Assembly: GCA_038087875.1 (NCBI GenBank)
Contig: CM075993.1
Span: 2,854,001-2,918,000, forward strand
Origin: Malacoraja senta
Taxonomy: Eukaryota
Direction: 5' to 3'
DNA length: 64,000 nt
Of this stretch, positions 1 through 12,120 are shown piece after piece. Under the pieces are notes generated by a model, which was not told the DNA's origin, made no database searches, and saw only the letters and a list, made by a program, of their open reading frames with translations. A program made the position numbers and the translations under genes. Position 1 is the first letter of the stretch. Each line of letters begins with the position of its first letter.

Positions 1-512
1 AGGCAGACACAAAAAGCTGGAGTAACTCATCGGAAAGCTGGAGTAACTCAGCAGGAATCTCACTCCCTCTGTCAAGCAAGAGTCCCAGACTTCCCAGCCA
101 AGTTTACCTGGATATCCCGCAATTACGTTCAACTCCATAAAAGCTTCCAGCTGTCTCTTGAATTACGTGTGTTGTTCACTTATGATGGCCTCTCCCTGGT
201 AACAAACAGTACCTCGTTCATCTTCACATTAGAAGCTTCTATTTGACCTGCCAGCTTGAGCAATACTTTTCATCTGAATAACATCAATGTGACTTGATTT
301 GAATCAATGGAATACATCCATTTCAAATCACTTCCTAAGTGCTCATGTATAAAAATAAATGTTTTGAACATAATCATAGAAAAATAATATGAATGGTTGA
401 ATTTGCATTTGTCCATTTATATGGCTTCTATTTCAATACTTTAATGAAGCCCTTTGCAACGGGTTTGATATATTTTCCGACATCGCTTTCTTCTCTTAGT
501 TTAGTTTAGTTA

Positions 513-842
513 AACCCCTGTCCCACGGTACGAGTTCATTCCAAGAGCTCTCCCGAGTTTGCCCCGATTCGAACTGGGAGATTTACGGTAATGGCCGCTC
601 GTCGGTACTCGGGGCTCTCGTGGACATTTTTCAACGTGTTGAAAAATCTTCACGAGTCTTCCCGTGCTTACCTGCCGTTAGCGAGTCTTCCCGAGTACCT
701 GCCGTCAGCGTTACGAGCCGCTAAGAGACATCCCCGAGCTCCGACGTACCCGCTACGTTCATTCTCCGTGCTTACCACGAGTTCGATTTTTTTTAAACTC
801 GGGAGAGCTCTTGGAATGAACTCGTACAGTGGGACAGGGCTA
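513..842. mobile_element. PIF/Harbinger-type MITE, family A
   Basis: TIRs ..CCCTGTCCCAC-GTACGAGTTCATTCCAAGAGCTCTCCCGAGTTT at both ends; TTA TSD at 510-512 and 843-845; non-coding; 5 copies in window. Confidence 0.85.
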
Positions 843-977
843 TTAGTTTAGTGAAACGGCGCGGAAACACCAAGACTGCACCGACCAGCGATCCCAGCAT
901 ATTAACACTGTCCTCCACACACTAGGGACAATTTTATATTTACACCATGCCAATTAAACTACAAACCTACACAAGGA

Positions 978-1502
978 AATGGCAGACGAGTTGAACAGGT
1001 ACGTTGGATCCATCTTCACTAAGGAGGACACAAACAATCTTCCTGATGTACTAGTGGCCAGAATATCTGGGGTGACGGAGGAACTGAAGGAAATCCACAT
1101 TAGGGAGGAAATGGTGTTGGGTAGACTGATGGGATTGAAGGCTCTTAAATCCTCAGGGCCTGATGGTTTGCATCCCAGGGTACTTAAGGAAGTGGCTCTA
1201 GAAATTGTGGATGCATAGGTGATCATTTTCCAATGTTCTATAGATTCAGGATCAGTTCCTGTGGATTAGAGGGCAGCTAATGCTATCTCACTTTTTAAGA
1301 AAGGCGGGAGAGAGAAAACAGGGAATTATAGACCAGTTAGCCTGACATCGGTGGTGGGGAAGATGCTGGAGTCAATCATAAAAGATGAAATAGCGACACG
1401 TTTGGATAGCAGTAACAGGATCGGTCCGAGTCAGCATGGATTTACGAAGGGGAAATCATGCTCGACTAATCTTCTGGAATTTTTTGAGGATGTAACTAGG
1501 AA
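978..1502 (+). pseudogene. CR1-clade (HER1-like) LINE ORF2 fragment, N-terminal part of RT
   Basis: [56 protein letters not shown] are CR1 ORF2 motifs; in-frame stops; cut off by the microsatellite. Confidence 0.9.
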
Positions 1503-2246
1503 ACACACACACGCACACACACACGCACATGCACGCACACACACGCACGCACACACATGCACGCACACACGCACACACACGCACACACGCACACACACAC
1601 ACGCACACACACGCACACACACGCACGCACACACATGCACGCACACACGCACACACACGCACACACACACATGCACACACACACACACACACACGCACAC
1701 ACGCACACGCACACACGCACACACACACGCGCACACACACACACACACACGCGCACACACGCACACACATGCACGCACACACGCACACACACGCATGCAC
1801 ACACGCACACACACACATGCACACACGCACACACACACGCACACACACACACACACGCACACACATGCACGCACACACGCACACACACACATGCACACAC
1901 GCACACACACACATGCACACACGCACACACACACGCACACACACACACACACACGCACACATATGCACGCACACACGCACACACACGCATGCACACACAC
2001 ACACACACACACATGCACACACGCACACACACACGCACACACACACACACACGCACATGCATGCACACACACACACACGCAGACACACACGCACACACAC
2101 ACACGCACACACACACATGCACATGCACGCGCACACACACACATGCAGACACACACGCACACACGCACACACACACACACGCACACACACACACACACAC
2201 ATGCGCACATACACATGCACACACACACGCACACACACACGCACAT

Positions 2247-2279
<33 letters not shown>

Positions 2280-2517
2280 GACACACACGCACACACACAC
2301 ACGCACACACACACATGCACATGCACGCGCACACACACACATGCAGACACACACGCACACACGCACACACGCACACACGCACACACACACACACATGCGC
2401 ACATACACATGCACACACACACGCACACACACACGCACATGCACACACACACACACACCACACACACACACACACACACATGCACGCACACACACATGCA
2501 CACACGCACACACACAA
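1503..2517. repeat. Compound (CA)n microsatellite with CG/TG variants, ~1 kb
   Basis: Directly visible; produces the spurious HT/CV-repeat ORFs. Confidence 0.98.
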
Positions 2518-2950
2518 ATCCCTCAGCCAGCATTGACTGAGAAAAAAATCTCTTTTGCAATTGTCTCAAAGCAATTTGTGGCTTTTTCTTCCCGCGTAAT
2601 TAAGTATATTTCTCTTCGCCAAATTACAAAAATGAAAATATTATAGACATACAGATGCTCTTTATCTTAGTGTGGGACTTAAGCAAATATCACAGGAATG
2701 ACATTAACTGTACAAACATCATTCTCTGGCCAAGAGGGACACTTTAACAATAACAGCACGCGCTAAATGTCATTAAACAAGTTGAAATGAAAATGCCTGG
2801 TGTTTCTGACAAAGAGTCGGATTGTAGGTAAATTGCTGGGGTAACGAGCACAGATGCGCAGCAGGGTAGATGCGAGTTCAAATCCCACCATGGCACTTAT
2901 TTTAGTTCAGTTCAGTTTAGTTTATTGTCACGTGTACCGAGGCTTTTTTT

Positions 2951-3148
2951 GCGTGCGTGGGTTTTCTCCGAGATCTTCGGTTCCCTCCCACACTCCAAAG
3001 ACGTACAGGTTTGTAGGTTAATTGGCTTGGTGTAAATGTAAAAAATTGCCCCTAGTTTGTGTAGGATAGTGTTAATGTGCGGGGATCGCTGGTCGGCGGG
3101 GACTCGGTGGGCCGAAGGGCCTGTTTCCGTGCTGTATCTCCAAACTAA
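2951..3148 (+). mobile_element. HE1-like SINE, 5'-truncated
   Basis: Core GGGTTTTCTCCGAGATCTTCGG..CTCCCACACTCCAAAGACG and tail GGGCCGAAGGGCCTGTTTCC..AAACTAAA. Confidence 0.8.
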
Positions 3149-3269
3149 ATGGTCTTTTCTTGCTTCCAGTTCCTCCCCCCTACAATCAGTCTGAAGAAGC
3201 GTCCCAACCCTAAACGTCACCTACCTACGTTCTCCAGAGATGTTGCCTGACCCGCTGAGTTACTCCAGT

Positions 3270-3490
3270 TCAGTTTATTGCCACATGTACCGAGGTACAG
3301 TGAAAAGCTTTTGTTGCGTGCTATCCAGTCAGCGGGAAGACAATACATGATTACAATCGATCCATTTACAGTGTAAAGATACATGATAAGGGAATAGCGT
3401 CCAGTGCAAGGTAAAGCCAGCAAAGTCCGGTCAAGGATAGTCCGAGGGACATCAGAGGAAGTTAGTAGTTCAGCACTGCTCGCTGGTTTA
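3270..3490 (-). mobile_element. LINE 3' UTR-like repeat (probably Rex1/Babar-derived)
   Basis: Same repeat at 28645-28770, 32910-33125, 45930-46680 and 59940-60785; ends GACAATAAAC. Confidence 0.55.
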
Positions 3491-3605
3491 GTAATTATAT
3501 AATATTGGAATTTTACTCCAAAAATAATGACTGGAAAGCTAATCTATTATTGCGACAGAATCATACATTTATTCACTACTATCCATTAGACATAAAACAC
3601 TTGGG

Positions 3606-3775
3606 CAGCACGGTGGCATAGCAGTAGATCTACTGCCTTCCAGAGCCAGAGACCCAGGTTCGATCCCGTCTACGTGTGCTGTCTCTACGAAGTTTCTACA
3701 TTCTCTGAGATATTCAGCTTCCTCCCCCACTCCAGAGATGTACAGGTTTGTAGGTTAATTGGCTTGGTGTAAACC
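3606..3775 (+). mobile_element. HE1-like SINE 5' part
   Basis: A box GGTGGCATAGCAG, B box GGTTCGATCCC. Confidence 0.75.
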
Positions 3776-3789
3776 TCCTATGCACCAAC

Positions 3790-4590
3790 TCCGGAAGTGG
3801 CGGCGCTGCCTTGCAGCTGCGGCTCGCCTGCAGTCCGTTTGTCTTTTCTTGTTTTGTTTTCTTTTGTCCCGTTGTTGCGGTTTGTTTTGGTTTATTTTAG
3901 TTGTGTGTGTGTGTGTGTGGGGGGGAGGGAGAAGCATGTTTTTTGGCTCTTCCTTCGGGGGGGGATGCGACCTTTCTTGCCGTATCCCCCCGTCTCCGTC
4001 TCCGTCTCCGCTGAGGCCTATCGTGGAGCTGGCGGCCTGCAACTGGGACCGACCTCGAGGCTCGGGAGGCAGAGCCAGCCGGGACTTACCAGCGAGGGGC
4101 TGGCCGACTTCGGGGCTGTGGTGACGTTGCGACCCGACTTCTGAACCTCGGAGGCTCGGCGAGGGCCAGTGGACGACATCGTCGGGAGCTCGCAGGTCAC
4201 AGGTAGCTCCCGCAACAACAGCTGCGTCCGCTGGACTGGAGAGCGGCAGCTTCGGCAGCTTCGACCGCCCTGGGCCGCGGAGTTTGAACCGGCCCGTTCG
4301 GATTCAGCCGCGGGACTTACTTACCATCACCCGGCGGGGTCACAACATCGGAGGCCTGGATCGCCTCAATGCAGAGGGAGAGCAAGGAGGGAAGAGACAT
4401 GGACTTTGGGACTTTTTGCCTTCCATCACAGTGAGGAGGTGCCTGGTGGACTCACTGTGGTGGATGTTAAACTGTGTTGAGTGTGTGTGTTTTTGTCATT
4501 TATCCTATGTTATGACTGCAGGCTAAACCATTTCGTTGCACTGAAAAGTGCAATGACAATAAATTGAATCAAAATCAAATCAAATCAAAA
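3790..4590 (+). mobile_element. GC-rich non-autonomous retroelement of uncertain family
   Basis: Ends GACAATAAA plus (AATC)-like tail; shares CCATCACAGTGAG..TCACTGTGGTGG hairpin with 59050-59100. Confidence 0.5.
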
Positions 4591-4662
4591 CTCCAAACCT
4601 TCCACGTCCTTCCAGTACTGAGGTGGGCAGAGCTGCATGCAACACCCCAAATGCAGCCTAAC

Positions 4663-4962
4663 TGGTGGCGCAGCGGTAGAGTTGCTGCCTTGCAGCGCCG
4701 GAGACCCGGGTTCGATCCCGACTACGGGCGCTGTCTGTACAGAGTTCGTACGATCTCCCCGTGACCCGCGTGGGTTTTCTCCGGGTGCTCCGGTTTCCTC
4801 CCACACTCCAGAGACGTGCAGGTCTATCGGTGAACTGGTTTGTGTAAATTACAAATCGTCCCTCGTGCGTGTAGGACAGTGTTAGGTGTACGGGGTGATC
4901 GCTGGTTGGCGCGGGCTCGGTGGGCCGAAGGGCCTGTTTCCGCGCTGTATCACTAAACTAAA
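4663..4962 (+). mobile_element. HE1-like tRNA-derived V-SINE, full length
   Basis: A box TGGCGCAGCGG, B box GGTTCGATCCC, central domain, (CTAAA)n tail. Confidence 0.88.
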
Positions 4963-5407
4963 CCGTGAGCCCTGGCAGCTTCTTCTCCTTCAGGTACCCT
5001 GATAGGTAGTGTCAGCAATTCATCACCAAATACTTCCATCATGAGACATTTCTCTGGACATAATTCACAACAGGTGAATAACACGGAGAAAGGCCGCACC
5101 TGATTCATTTTCTTATCTCTATTTTCATTGCATTCCATTTGACAGCTCTTTTATCGTGATAAATGTGTTCACCCACTGAATCTGAGCCACATGTCCAATA
5201 CGTCTCTCCGAACGTTCTGGCCACTTCCCAATACCTGCCATGTCCATTGCCTACTGAGGATAGCCATTAGTTTCTGCAGCAGTGCAGTATAAATAGGAAG
5301 TGAAGGGTTTGCTCGAGTGTATCTTGACACTGTGAGACATTATCCCTGCCGCCTGAGTCTGAGCTTAAATTATGAGCAAGTAGCAAACTGACCCACCCAC
5401 ACTGGGC

Positions 5408-6370
5408 GTACGAGGCTGTTGCCAGGACTAGAGGGTGTGAGCTGTAGGGAGAGGTTGAGCAGGCTGGGACTCTATTCCATGGAGCGCAGGAGGATGAAGG
5501 GTGATCTTATGGAGGTGTTTGAAATCATGAGAGGAATTTGAGGAAGGACATTCTTGCTATTGAGGGAGTGCAGCGTAGGTTTACGAGGTTAATTCCCGGG
5601 ATGGCGGGACTGTCATATGTTGAGAGAATGGAGCAGCTGGGCTTGTACACTCTGGAGTTTAGAAGGATGAGAGGGCATCTCATTGAAACATATAAAATTG
5701 TTAAGGGCTTGGACACACAAGAGGCAGGAAACATGTTCCCGATGTTGGGGGAGTCCAGAACCAGGGGCCACACAGTTTAAGAATAAGGAGTAAGCCATTT
5801 AGAACGGAGACGAGGAAACACTTTTTCTCACAGAGAGTGGTGAGTCTGTGGAATTCTCTGCCTCAGAGGGCGGTGGAGGCAGGTTCTCTGGATGCTTTCA
5901 AGAGAGAGCTAGATAGGGCTCTTAAAAATGGCAAAGTCAGGGGATATGGGGAGAAGGCAGGAACGGGGTACTGATTGTAGATGATCAGCCATGATCACAT
6001 TGAATGGCGGTGCTGGCTCGAAGGGCCAAATGGCCTACTCCTGCTCCTGTTGTCTGTTGTCTATTGTCTATTGAATAGATCGGGTAGATGCACAGAATCT
6101 CTTTTGTTGGGATTTTGTTGGTTCACATGCTTGATCAATGGTGTTTTTATCATTAATGTTTTATTATTATTAATGTTTAGTGTTTTCTGAGTCATTCGTA
6201 ACTGTCACTGTATGCCATGTTGTTACTTGTGGGCGGAGCACCGAGGCAAATTCCTTGTATGTGAATACTTGGCCAATAAACTTACTTACTCTTGCCCAGA
6301 GTCGGGGAATCGAGGACCAGTGGACATAGGTTCAAGGTGAAGGGGTAAAGATTTGATAGGAATCTGAATG
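5408..6370 (+). mobile_element. Older CR1 fragment interrupted by a younger CR1 3' end (5536-6072) and another LINE tail (~6103-6288)
   Basis: Host reads through both inserts (compare 62145-62615); insert encodes RKDILAIEGVQRRFTRLIPGM..SRTRGH and ends (TCTATTG)n. Confidence 0.85.
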
Positions 6371-6374
6371 GGTA

Positions 6375-6597
6375 ACCCAAAACGTCACCTATTCCTTTTC
6401 TCCCGTGATGCTGCCTGTCCCGCTGAGTTGCTCCAGCTTTTTGTGTCTGTCTTCTTATCTGTTTGATAAGTACCACTGATGGGAGGGTGGGGGGGGCAGG
6501 AAGAAGAAAGGAAGAGGCGGAGACAGTGGGCTGAGGGAGAGCTGGGAAGGGGAGGAGAAAGCAAGGACTACCTGAAATTGGAGAAGTCAATGTTCAG
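6375..6597. mobile_element. Penelope-like end fragments in opposite orientations
   Basis: 6470-6597 is the reverse complement of the 17070-17200 type sequence; 6375-6450 matches the PLE terminus. Confidence 0.7.
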
Positions 6598-6610
6598 GTA
6601 ACGTACCACT

Positions 6611-7160
6611 ATCTTTAAGAGCCCTATCTAGCTCTCTCATGAAAGTATCCAGAGAAAGTATCCAAAAAAAATAAAATTAAAAAAAAATAAAAAAAGAGAA
6701 CTGGCCTCTACCGCCATCTGAGGCAGAGAATTCCACAGACTCGCCACTCTCTGTGTGAAAAAGTGTTTCCTCATCTCCGTTCTGAATGGCTTACCCCTTA
6801 TTCTTAAACTGTGGCCCCTGGTTCTGGACTCTCCCAACATCAGGAACATGTTTCCTGCCTCTAGCGTGTCCAAACCCTTAACAATCTTATATGTTTCAAT
6901 AAGATACCCTCTCATCCTTCTAAACTCCAGAGTGTACAAGCCCAGCTGCTCCATTCTATCAACATATGACAGTCTCGCCATCCCGGGAATTAACCTTGTG
7001 AATCTACGCTGCACTCCCTCAATAGCAAGAATGTCCTTCCTCAAATTTGGAGACCAAAACTGCACACAGGTGTGGTCTCACTAGGGCCTTGCACAACTGC
7101 AGAAGGACCTCTTTGCTCCAATGCTCAACACCTCTTGTTATGAAGGCCAACATGCCATTC
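6611..7160 (-). mobile_element. CR1 LINE ORF2 C-terminal fragment
   Basis: QFWSPNLRKDILAIEGVQRRFTRLIPG..SRTRGHSLRI..FFTQRVASLWNSLP. Confidence 0.9.
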
Positions 7161-7269
7161 ACTTTCTTACCATAATGTTCTATTTTCCCAACACCATACA
7201 CGTTGTTATATTGGGATCCATAATTCATACAATTACAATGACAGAAACAAAACTGAAGTATCAAACTAA

Positions 7270-7599
7270 TGGCCCTGTCCCACTGTACGAGTTCATTCCA
7301 AGAGCTCTCCCGAGTTTAAAAAAAATCAAACTCGTGGTAAGCACGGAGAATGAACGTAGCGGGTACGTCGGAGCTCGGGGACGTCTCTTAGCGTCTCGTA
7401 ACGCTAACGGCAGGTACTCGGGAAGACTCGCTAACGGCAGGGAAGCTTGGGAAGACTCGTGAAGATTTTTCAACACGTTGAAAAATGTCCACGAGAGCCC
7501 CGAGTACCGACGAGCGGCCATTGCCGTAAATCTCCGAGTTTGAATCAGGGCAAACTCGGGAGAACTCTTGGAATGAACTCGTACCGTGGGACAGGGCCG
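7270..7599. mobile_element. Harbinger-type MITE family A, opposite orientation to 513-842
   Basis: TIR TGGCCCTGTCCCAC / GTGGGACAGGGCCG; TAA TSD at 7267-7269 and 7600-7602. Confidence 0.88.
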
Positions 7600-7859
7600 T
7601 AAAGAAAAGTCTAGTGTTGGCATTTAACCGCACGGAACTGGTCCGTGTGGCAATCTGAAATTATCTTTGCTAAACTGTGACCAAAATTGAGTGATTCTTT
7701 TGTGCAATGAGACGTAGAGGCAAAATATATGTTGTTAAACACATAATCTAATTGGTTGGACTAATTAGTTGTGTCAACAAAGACGGATATCGTCAACAAT
7801 CTGATTAGAGTGTTGTTTTCACCAATGTGATGAATAGGTTGAGTGACTTTAGAATTTAG

Positions 7860-8147
7860 ACCTTAGAGATAGTAACAGGCCCTTCGGCCCGACAGGTCTG
7901 CGCCGGCCAGCGATCACCCCGTACACTCGCGCTACCCTACACACCAGGATGTACAAATTACAATTTACACCGAGCCAATTAACCTACAAACCTGTACGTC
8001 TTTGGAGTGTGGAGGAAACCGGAGAACCCGGAGAAAAGTCACGGGGAGAACGTACAAACTCCGTACAGACAGCACCCGTAGTCGGGATCGAACCTGGGTC
8101 TCCGGTGCTGTGAGGTGGCAGCTTTACCGCTGCACCACCGTGCCGCC
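7860..8147 (-). mobile_element. HE1-like SINE
   Basis: Reverse complement of the SINE consensus including A and B boxes. Confidence 0.85.
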
Positions 8148-8225
8148 CTAAGACGAGACCAGATATACAGTGGAGTCCAGTCGTTCTTTAGGCAAAGACC
8201 TCATAACAGATCAGCCATGATTGAA

Positions 8226-8505
8226 TGTTTAGGAAGGAACTGCAGATGCTGGAAAATCGAAGGTAGACAAAAATGCTGGAGAAACTCAGCGGGTGCGGCA
8301 GCATCTATGGAGCGAAGGAAATAGGCAACGTTTCGGCCCGAAACCCTTCCGGGTTTCGTCCCGAAACGTTGCCTATTTCCTTCAGGGTTTCGGCCCGAAA
8401 CGTTGCCTATTTCCTTCGCTCCATAGATGCTGCCGCACCCGCTGAGTTTCTCCAGCATTTTTGTCTACCTTCGATTTTCCAGCATCTGCAGTTCCTGCTT
8501 AAACA
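8226..8505. mobile_element. Palindromic PLE-derived non-autonomous element
   Basis: ~110-bp inverted arms TGTTTAGGAAGGAACTGCAGATGCTGG.. / ..CCAGCATCTGCAGTTCCTGCTTAAACA; TTGAA duplication at 8221-8225 and 8506-8510 inside a CR1 tail. Confidence 0.8.
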
Positions 8506-8907
8506 TTGAATGGTGGGATAGACTTGATGGGCCGAATGGCCCAATTCTACCTTCGCATGATCTATATAACAAATTCAAAGCAGGGCATTTGTCATTATTT
8601 CTGTCCTAGCCAAGTAGAGGTAATCCTGGCCAAACATGTCCAACCTTTGGCCCAGGTTCATGAGTGATTGAGTAAAAAAAACAAGTCCATCTCTCCTCCT
8701 CACACGGCAATTGCTACCTGTCTCAGCGCTCACCATGTTGACAAGAAGAGGAGACAAATACTAGTAAACCATTAACCTGCCTCAGCAATGAATCAAAGAG
8801 GGACCTTGTCCAGACTACATTAGATTAGACTCATCAACTGTGATGTTGATGGCAACTGTTTCGACACATTGACATGGCCAACTGCAAAGAAAACCTGCAT
8901 TTCGTTT

Positions 8908-9450
8908 CATTCACTGGAATTTAGAAGGATGAGAGGATATGTCAAAGAAACATATAAAATCCTTGAAGGATTGGACAGACTAGATGCGGGAAAAAAGTTC
9001 CCGATGTTGGGGGAGTCCAGAACCAGGGGTCACAGTTTAAGAATAAGGAGCCGGCCAGTTAGGACTGAGATGAGGAAAAACTTTTTCACCCAGTGAGTTG
9101 TGGATCTGTGGTAGACAAAAGTGCTGGAGAAACTCAGCAGGTGAGGCAGCATCTATGGAGCGAAGGAAATAGGCAACGTTTCGGGCCAAAACCCTTCTTC
9201 AGACTTCTTGTGAATCTGTGGAATTCTCTGCCACAGAATTCTCTGCCACAATGGAGGCCAATTCACTGGATGTTTTCAAGAGGGAGTTAGATTTAGCTCT
9301 TAGGGCTAACGGAATCAAGGGATATGCGGGAGAAAGCAGGAACGGGGTACCGATTGTGGATGATCAGCCAGGATCATATTGAATGGCGGTGCTGGCTCGA
9401 AGGGCCGAATGGCTTACTCCTGCACCTATTTTTCCATGTTTCTATGTTTC
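8908..9450 (+). mobile_element. CR1 3' end with a PLE insert (9112-9207, minus)
   Basis: SLEFRRMRG..SRTRGHSLRI; insert flanked by ~14-bp TSD TTGTG(G/A)ATCTGTGG. Confidence 0.85.
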
Positions 9451-9488
9451 TACCAGATATCCGGGACTGTCAATAAACCAAAAACATT

Positions 9489-9588
9489 GAGTCTGAAGAA
9501 CAGTTTCGGCCTGAAACGTTGCCTATTTCCTTCGCTCCATAGATGCTGCTGCACCCGCTGAGTTTCTCCGGCATTTTTGTGTACCAAG
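9489..9588 (+). mobile_element. Short PLE terminal insert with degenerate hammerhead
   Basis: CTGAAGAACAGTTTCGGCCTGAAACGTTG; TSD CAAAAACATT. Confidence 0.75.
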
Positions 9589-10069
9589 CAAAAACATTTG
9601 CCCACTTCCCCATCGAGAGAAGGGGCATTAACGAGACAAATGACATTTTCACTTGGCACAGAATGCCATTTGACAGGCACATGGTCATCGATTGCAATTC
9701 TTGTCGAGACACAATGCGACACAATGCAGTGGCTTATCGAGCCCGAGCTACACAGCCTGACGGGAGGTTATTTTTCCAGGCAATGGTCTCATTTCGATTT
9801 AACAGCCTACCTCCTCGGCCTTCACTGTCAGCTGGCTTCACCTGAATCGGTCGGTTCATCTGCAAGAAAGAAAGAGAAAAATGCGGTTGATATTGACTCC
9901 TCCAACAGCAAGTAACCCTTGCTTTCCCCTCTCTCTCCATCCCTCCACCGTCCCAGTTCTCCGACCAGCCTGACTTAAAAACAATTAAGATGACATTCAA
10001 GATGACATTCAGATAAAAGATGACATTACATAGAATACACTGCATATCAAAACATCATAAAATACATTT

Positions 10070-10328
10070 AAGGTAGATAAAAATGCTGGAGAAACTCAGC
10101 GGGTGAGGCAGCATCTATGGAGCGAAGGAATAGGTGACGTTTCGGGTCGAGACCCTTCCGGGTCTCGACCCGAAACGTCACCTATTCCTTCGCTCCATAG
10201 ATGCTTCCTGGTCTCGACCCGAAACGTCACCTATTCCTTCGCTCCATAGACGCTGCCTCACCCGCTGAGATTCTCCAGCATTTTTGTCTACCTTCGATTT
10301 TCCAGCATCTGCAGTCCCTTCTTAAACA
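10070..10328. mobile_element. Palindromic PLE-derived element, CTCG-loop subfamily
   Basis: Inverted arms around GAGACCCTTCCGGGTCTCGACC; flanking duplication CATAAAATACAT. Confidence 0.8.
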
Positions 10329-10501
10329 TAAAATACATATAAAAGTTTAGTAAATTACTGACAAGCATCATAAGTTATATACAAAAAAGCAATACATGGT
10401 TTAAAATCCAAAATAAATGACTGTACACCCGATTACATTTTATCCCAGTTTGCTTTCTTCTCACTTTCTCCCTGCTAACATAGTGTTAATGTATGGGGAT
10501 C

Positions 10502-10885
10502 AATAGACAATAGACAATAGACAATAGGTGCAGGAGTAGGCCATTCGGCCCTTCGAGCCAGCACCGCCATTCAATATGATCATGGCTGATCATCCCCAAT
10601 CAGCACCCCAATTCCTGCTTTCTCCCCCACATCCCTTGATTCCGTTAGCCCTAAGAGCTAAATCTCACTCACTCTTGAAAACATCCATTGAATCGGCCTC
10701 CACTGCCTTCTGTGGCGGAGAATTCCACAGATTCACAACTCTCTGGGTGAAACGTTTTTCCTCATCCCAGTCCTAAATGGCCGACCCCTTACTCTTAAAC
10801 TGTGTGACCCCCTGGTTCTGGACTCCCCCAACATCGGGACCATTTTTTCCCGAATCTAGCCTGTCCAATCCCTTAAGAATTTTAT
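10502..10885 (-). mobile_element. CR1 3' end
   Basis: (CAATAGA)n tail and CR1 3' UTR on the minus strand. Confidence 0.85.
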
Positions 10886-11228
10886 TAGTCCTTTCATGAC
10901 CTGCAAATGTCCAAAAAATGCTTTTCAACCAATGAAGTACTTTGTTGTGAGGTGCCCCTGGTCAGATGTGACGGCTGATTTACACAAGCAAAACTGCAGT
11001 GCGATAATGACCGGATAATCATCTTTTAATGATGTTGGCTGCTGGATAAACGCTATGTACAGGTCGCCAAGGGGAAACTCATCTTCGAAAAATGTCCATG
11101 GTTTCTTTACACGAGATTGAGCTAAGTATGACATTTGAAAAATGGGACAGCAGGCAGCAAACATCAGCCCCCCAAATTAGGGAGTGTGAAGTGATTTTCA
11201 TTGCAATTGAGCTTCACTTTGGATATAA

Positions 11229-11331
11229 CGTCTGAAGAAGGGTGTCGACCCGAAACGTCACCCATTCCTTCTCTCCAGAGATGCTGCCCGTCCCGCTGAG
11301 TTACTCCAGCATTTTGTGTCTACCTTCGATT
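11229..11331 (+). mobile_element. PLE terminal insert with intact hammerhead core
   Basis: CTGAAGA-A-GGGT-GTCG-ACCC-GAAAC-GTC starting at 11232. Confidence 0.75.
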
Positions 11332-11625
11332 TCATGTTTATTCATTGGTAAAGAACTTGTGAAGATAATGTAGGACTTGAACGATGGTACTTGCATGGAG
11401 CTTCCCTTTCACACACTGGCAGTAATTGAAAGACAATGAGTCTATCTTCCCTGGGGTGGTGAGCCTGTGGGGATGGGTGAACCATGACATTGATGCACAG
11501 TACCACCCTCTCTGGTGACAGATCCTGGTTAAACAGGGCCCAGAGAGAAACAAACTCAAGCTTGTGGCAGCTCAGAAAGGCAGGACAGAAGTATCTCAAT
11601 GTCTTTTAGAACTGGGATCTTAGTT

Positions 11626-11822
11626 TGGTCAGGTGAGGTCAGGTGAGGTCAGGTCAGGTTAGGTCAGATTAGGTCAGATTAGGTCAGGTTAGGTCAGGTT
11701 AGGTCAGGTTAGGTCAGGTTAGGGCAGGTTAGGTTTGGTTAGGACAGGTTAGGACAGGTTAGGGCAGGTTAGGTCAGGTTAGGTCAGGTTAGGTCAGGTT
11801 AGGTCAGGTCAAGGTTAAGTTA
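11626..11822. repeat. (AGGTC/AGGTT)n repeat adjoining a SINE tail
   Basis: Directly visible. Confidence 0.95.
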
Positions 11823-12120
11823 GTTTCGGGCACGGAAACAAGCCCTTCGACCCACCGAGTCCGCACCGTCCAGCGATCCCTGCACACTTACACTACCCTA
11901 CACACACTAGGGACGATTCACAATTTTGCCAAAGCCAATTTACCCACAAACCTGCACGTCTTTGGAGTGCGGGAGGAAACCGGAGCAACCCGGAGAAAAC
12001 CCACGCAGGTCACGGGGGGGGGGGGGGGGGACGTACAAACTCCGTACAGACAGCACCTGTGGTTGGGATCGAACCCGGGTCTCCGGCGCTGTGAGGGAAC
12101 ACCTCTACCGCTGCGCCACG
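11823..12120 (-). mobile_element. HE1-like SINE
   Basis: Reverse complement of consensus. Confidence 0.85.

Noticed and set aside
1351..2646. Long ORFs of 327-431 aa on both strands
   Set aside because: Stop-free translation of a CA microsatellite; only the first ~50 aa of one ORF is CR1 RT
4663..4725. tRNA gene (A and B boxes)
   Set aside because: It is the tRNA-derived head of a SINE, followed by SINE core and tail in many copies
11626..11822. Telomeric repeat
   Set aside because: Units are AGGTC/AGGTT rather than TTAGGG; likely an expanded SINE tail
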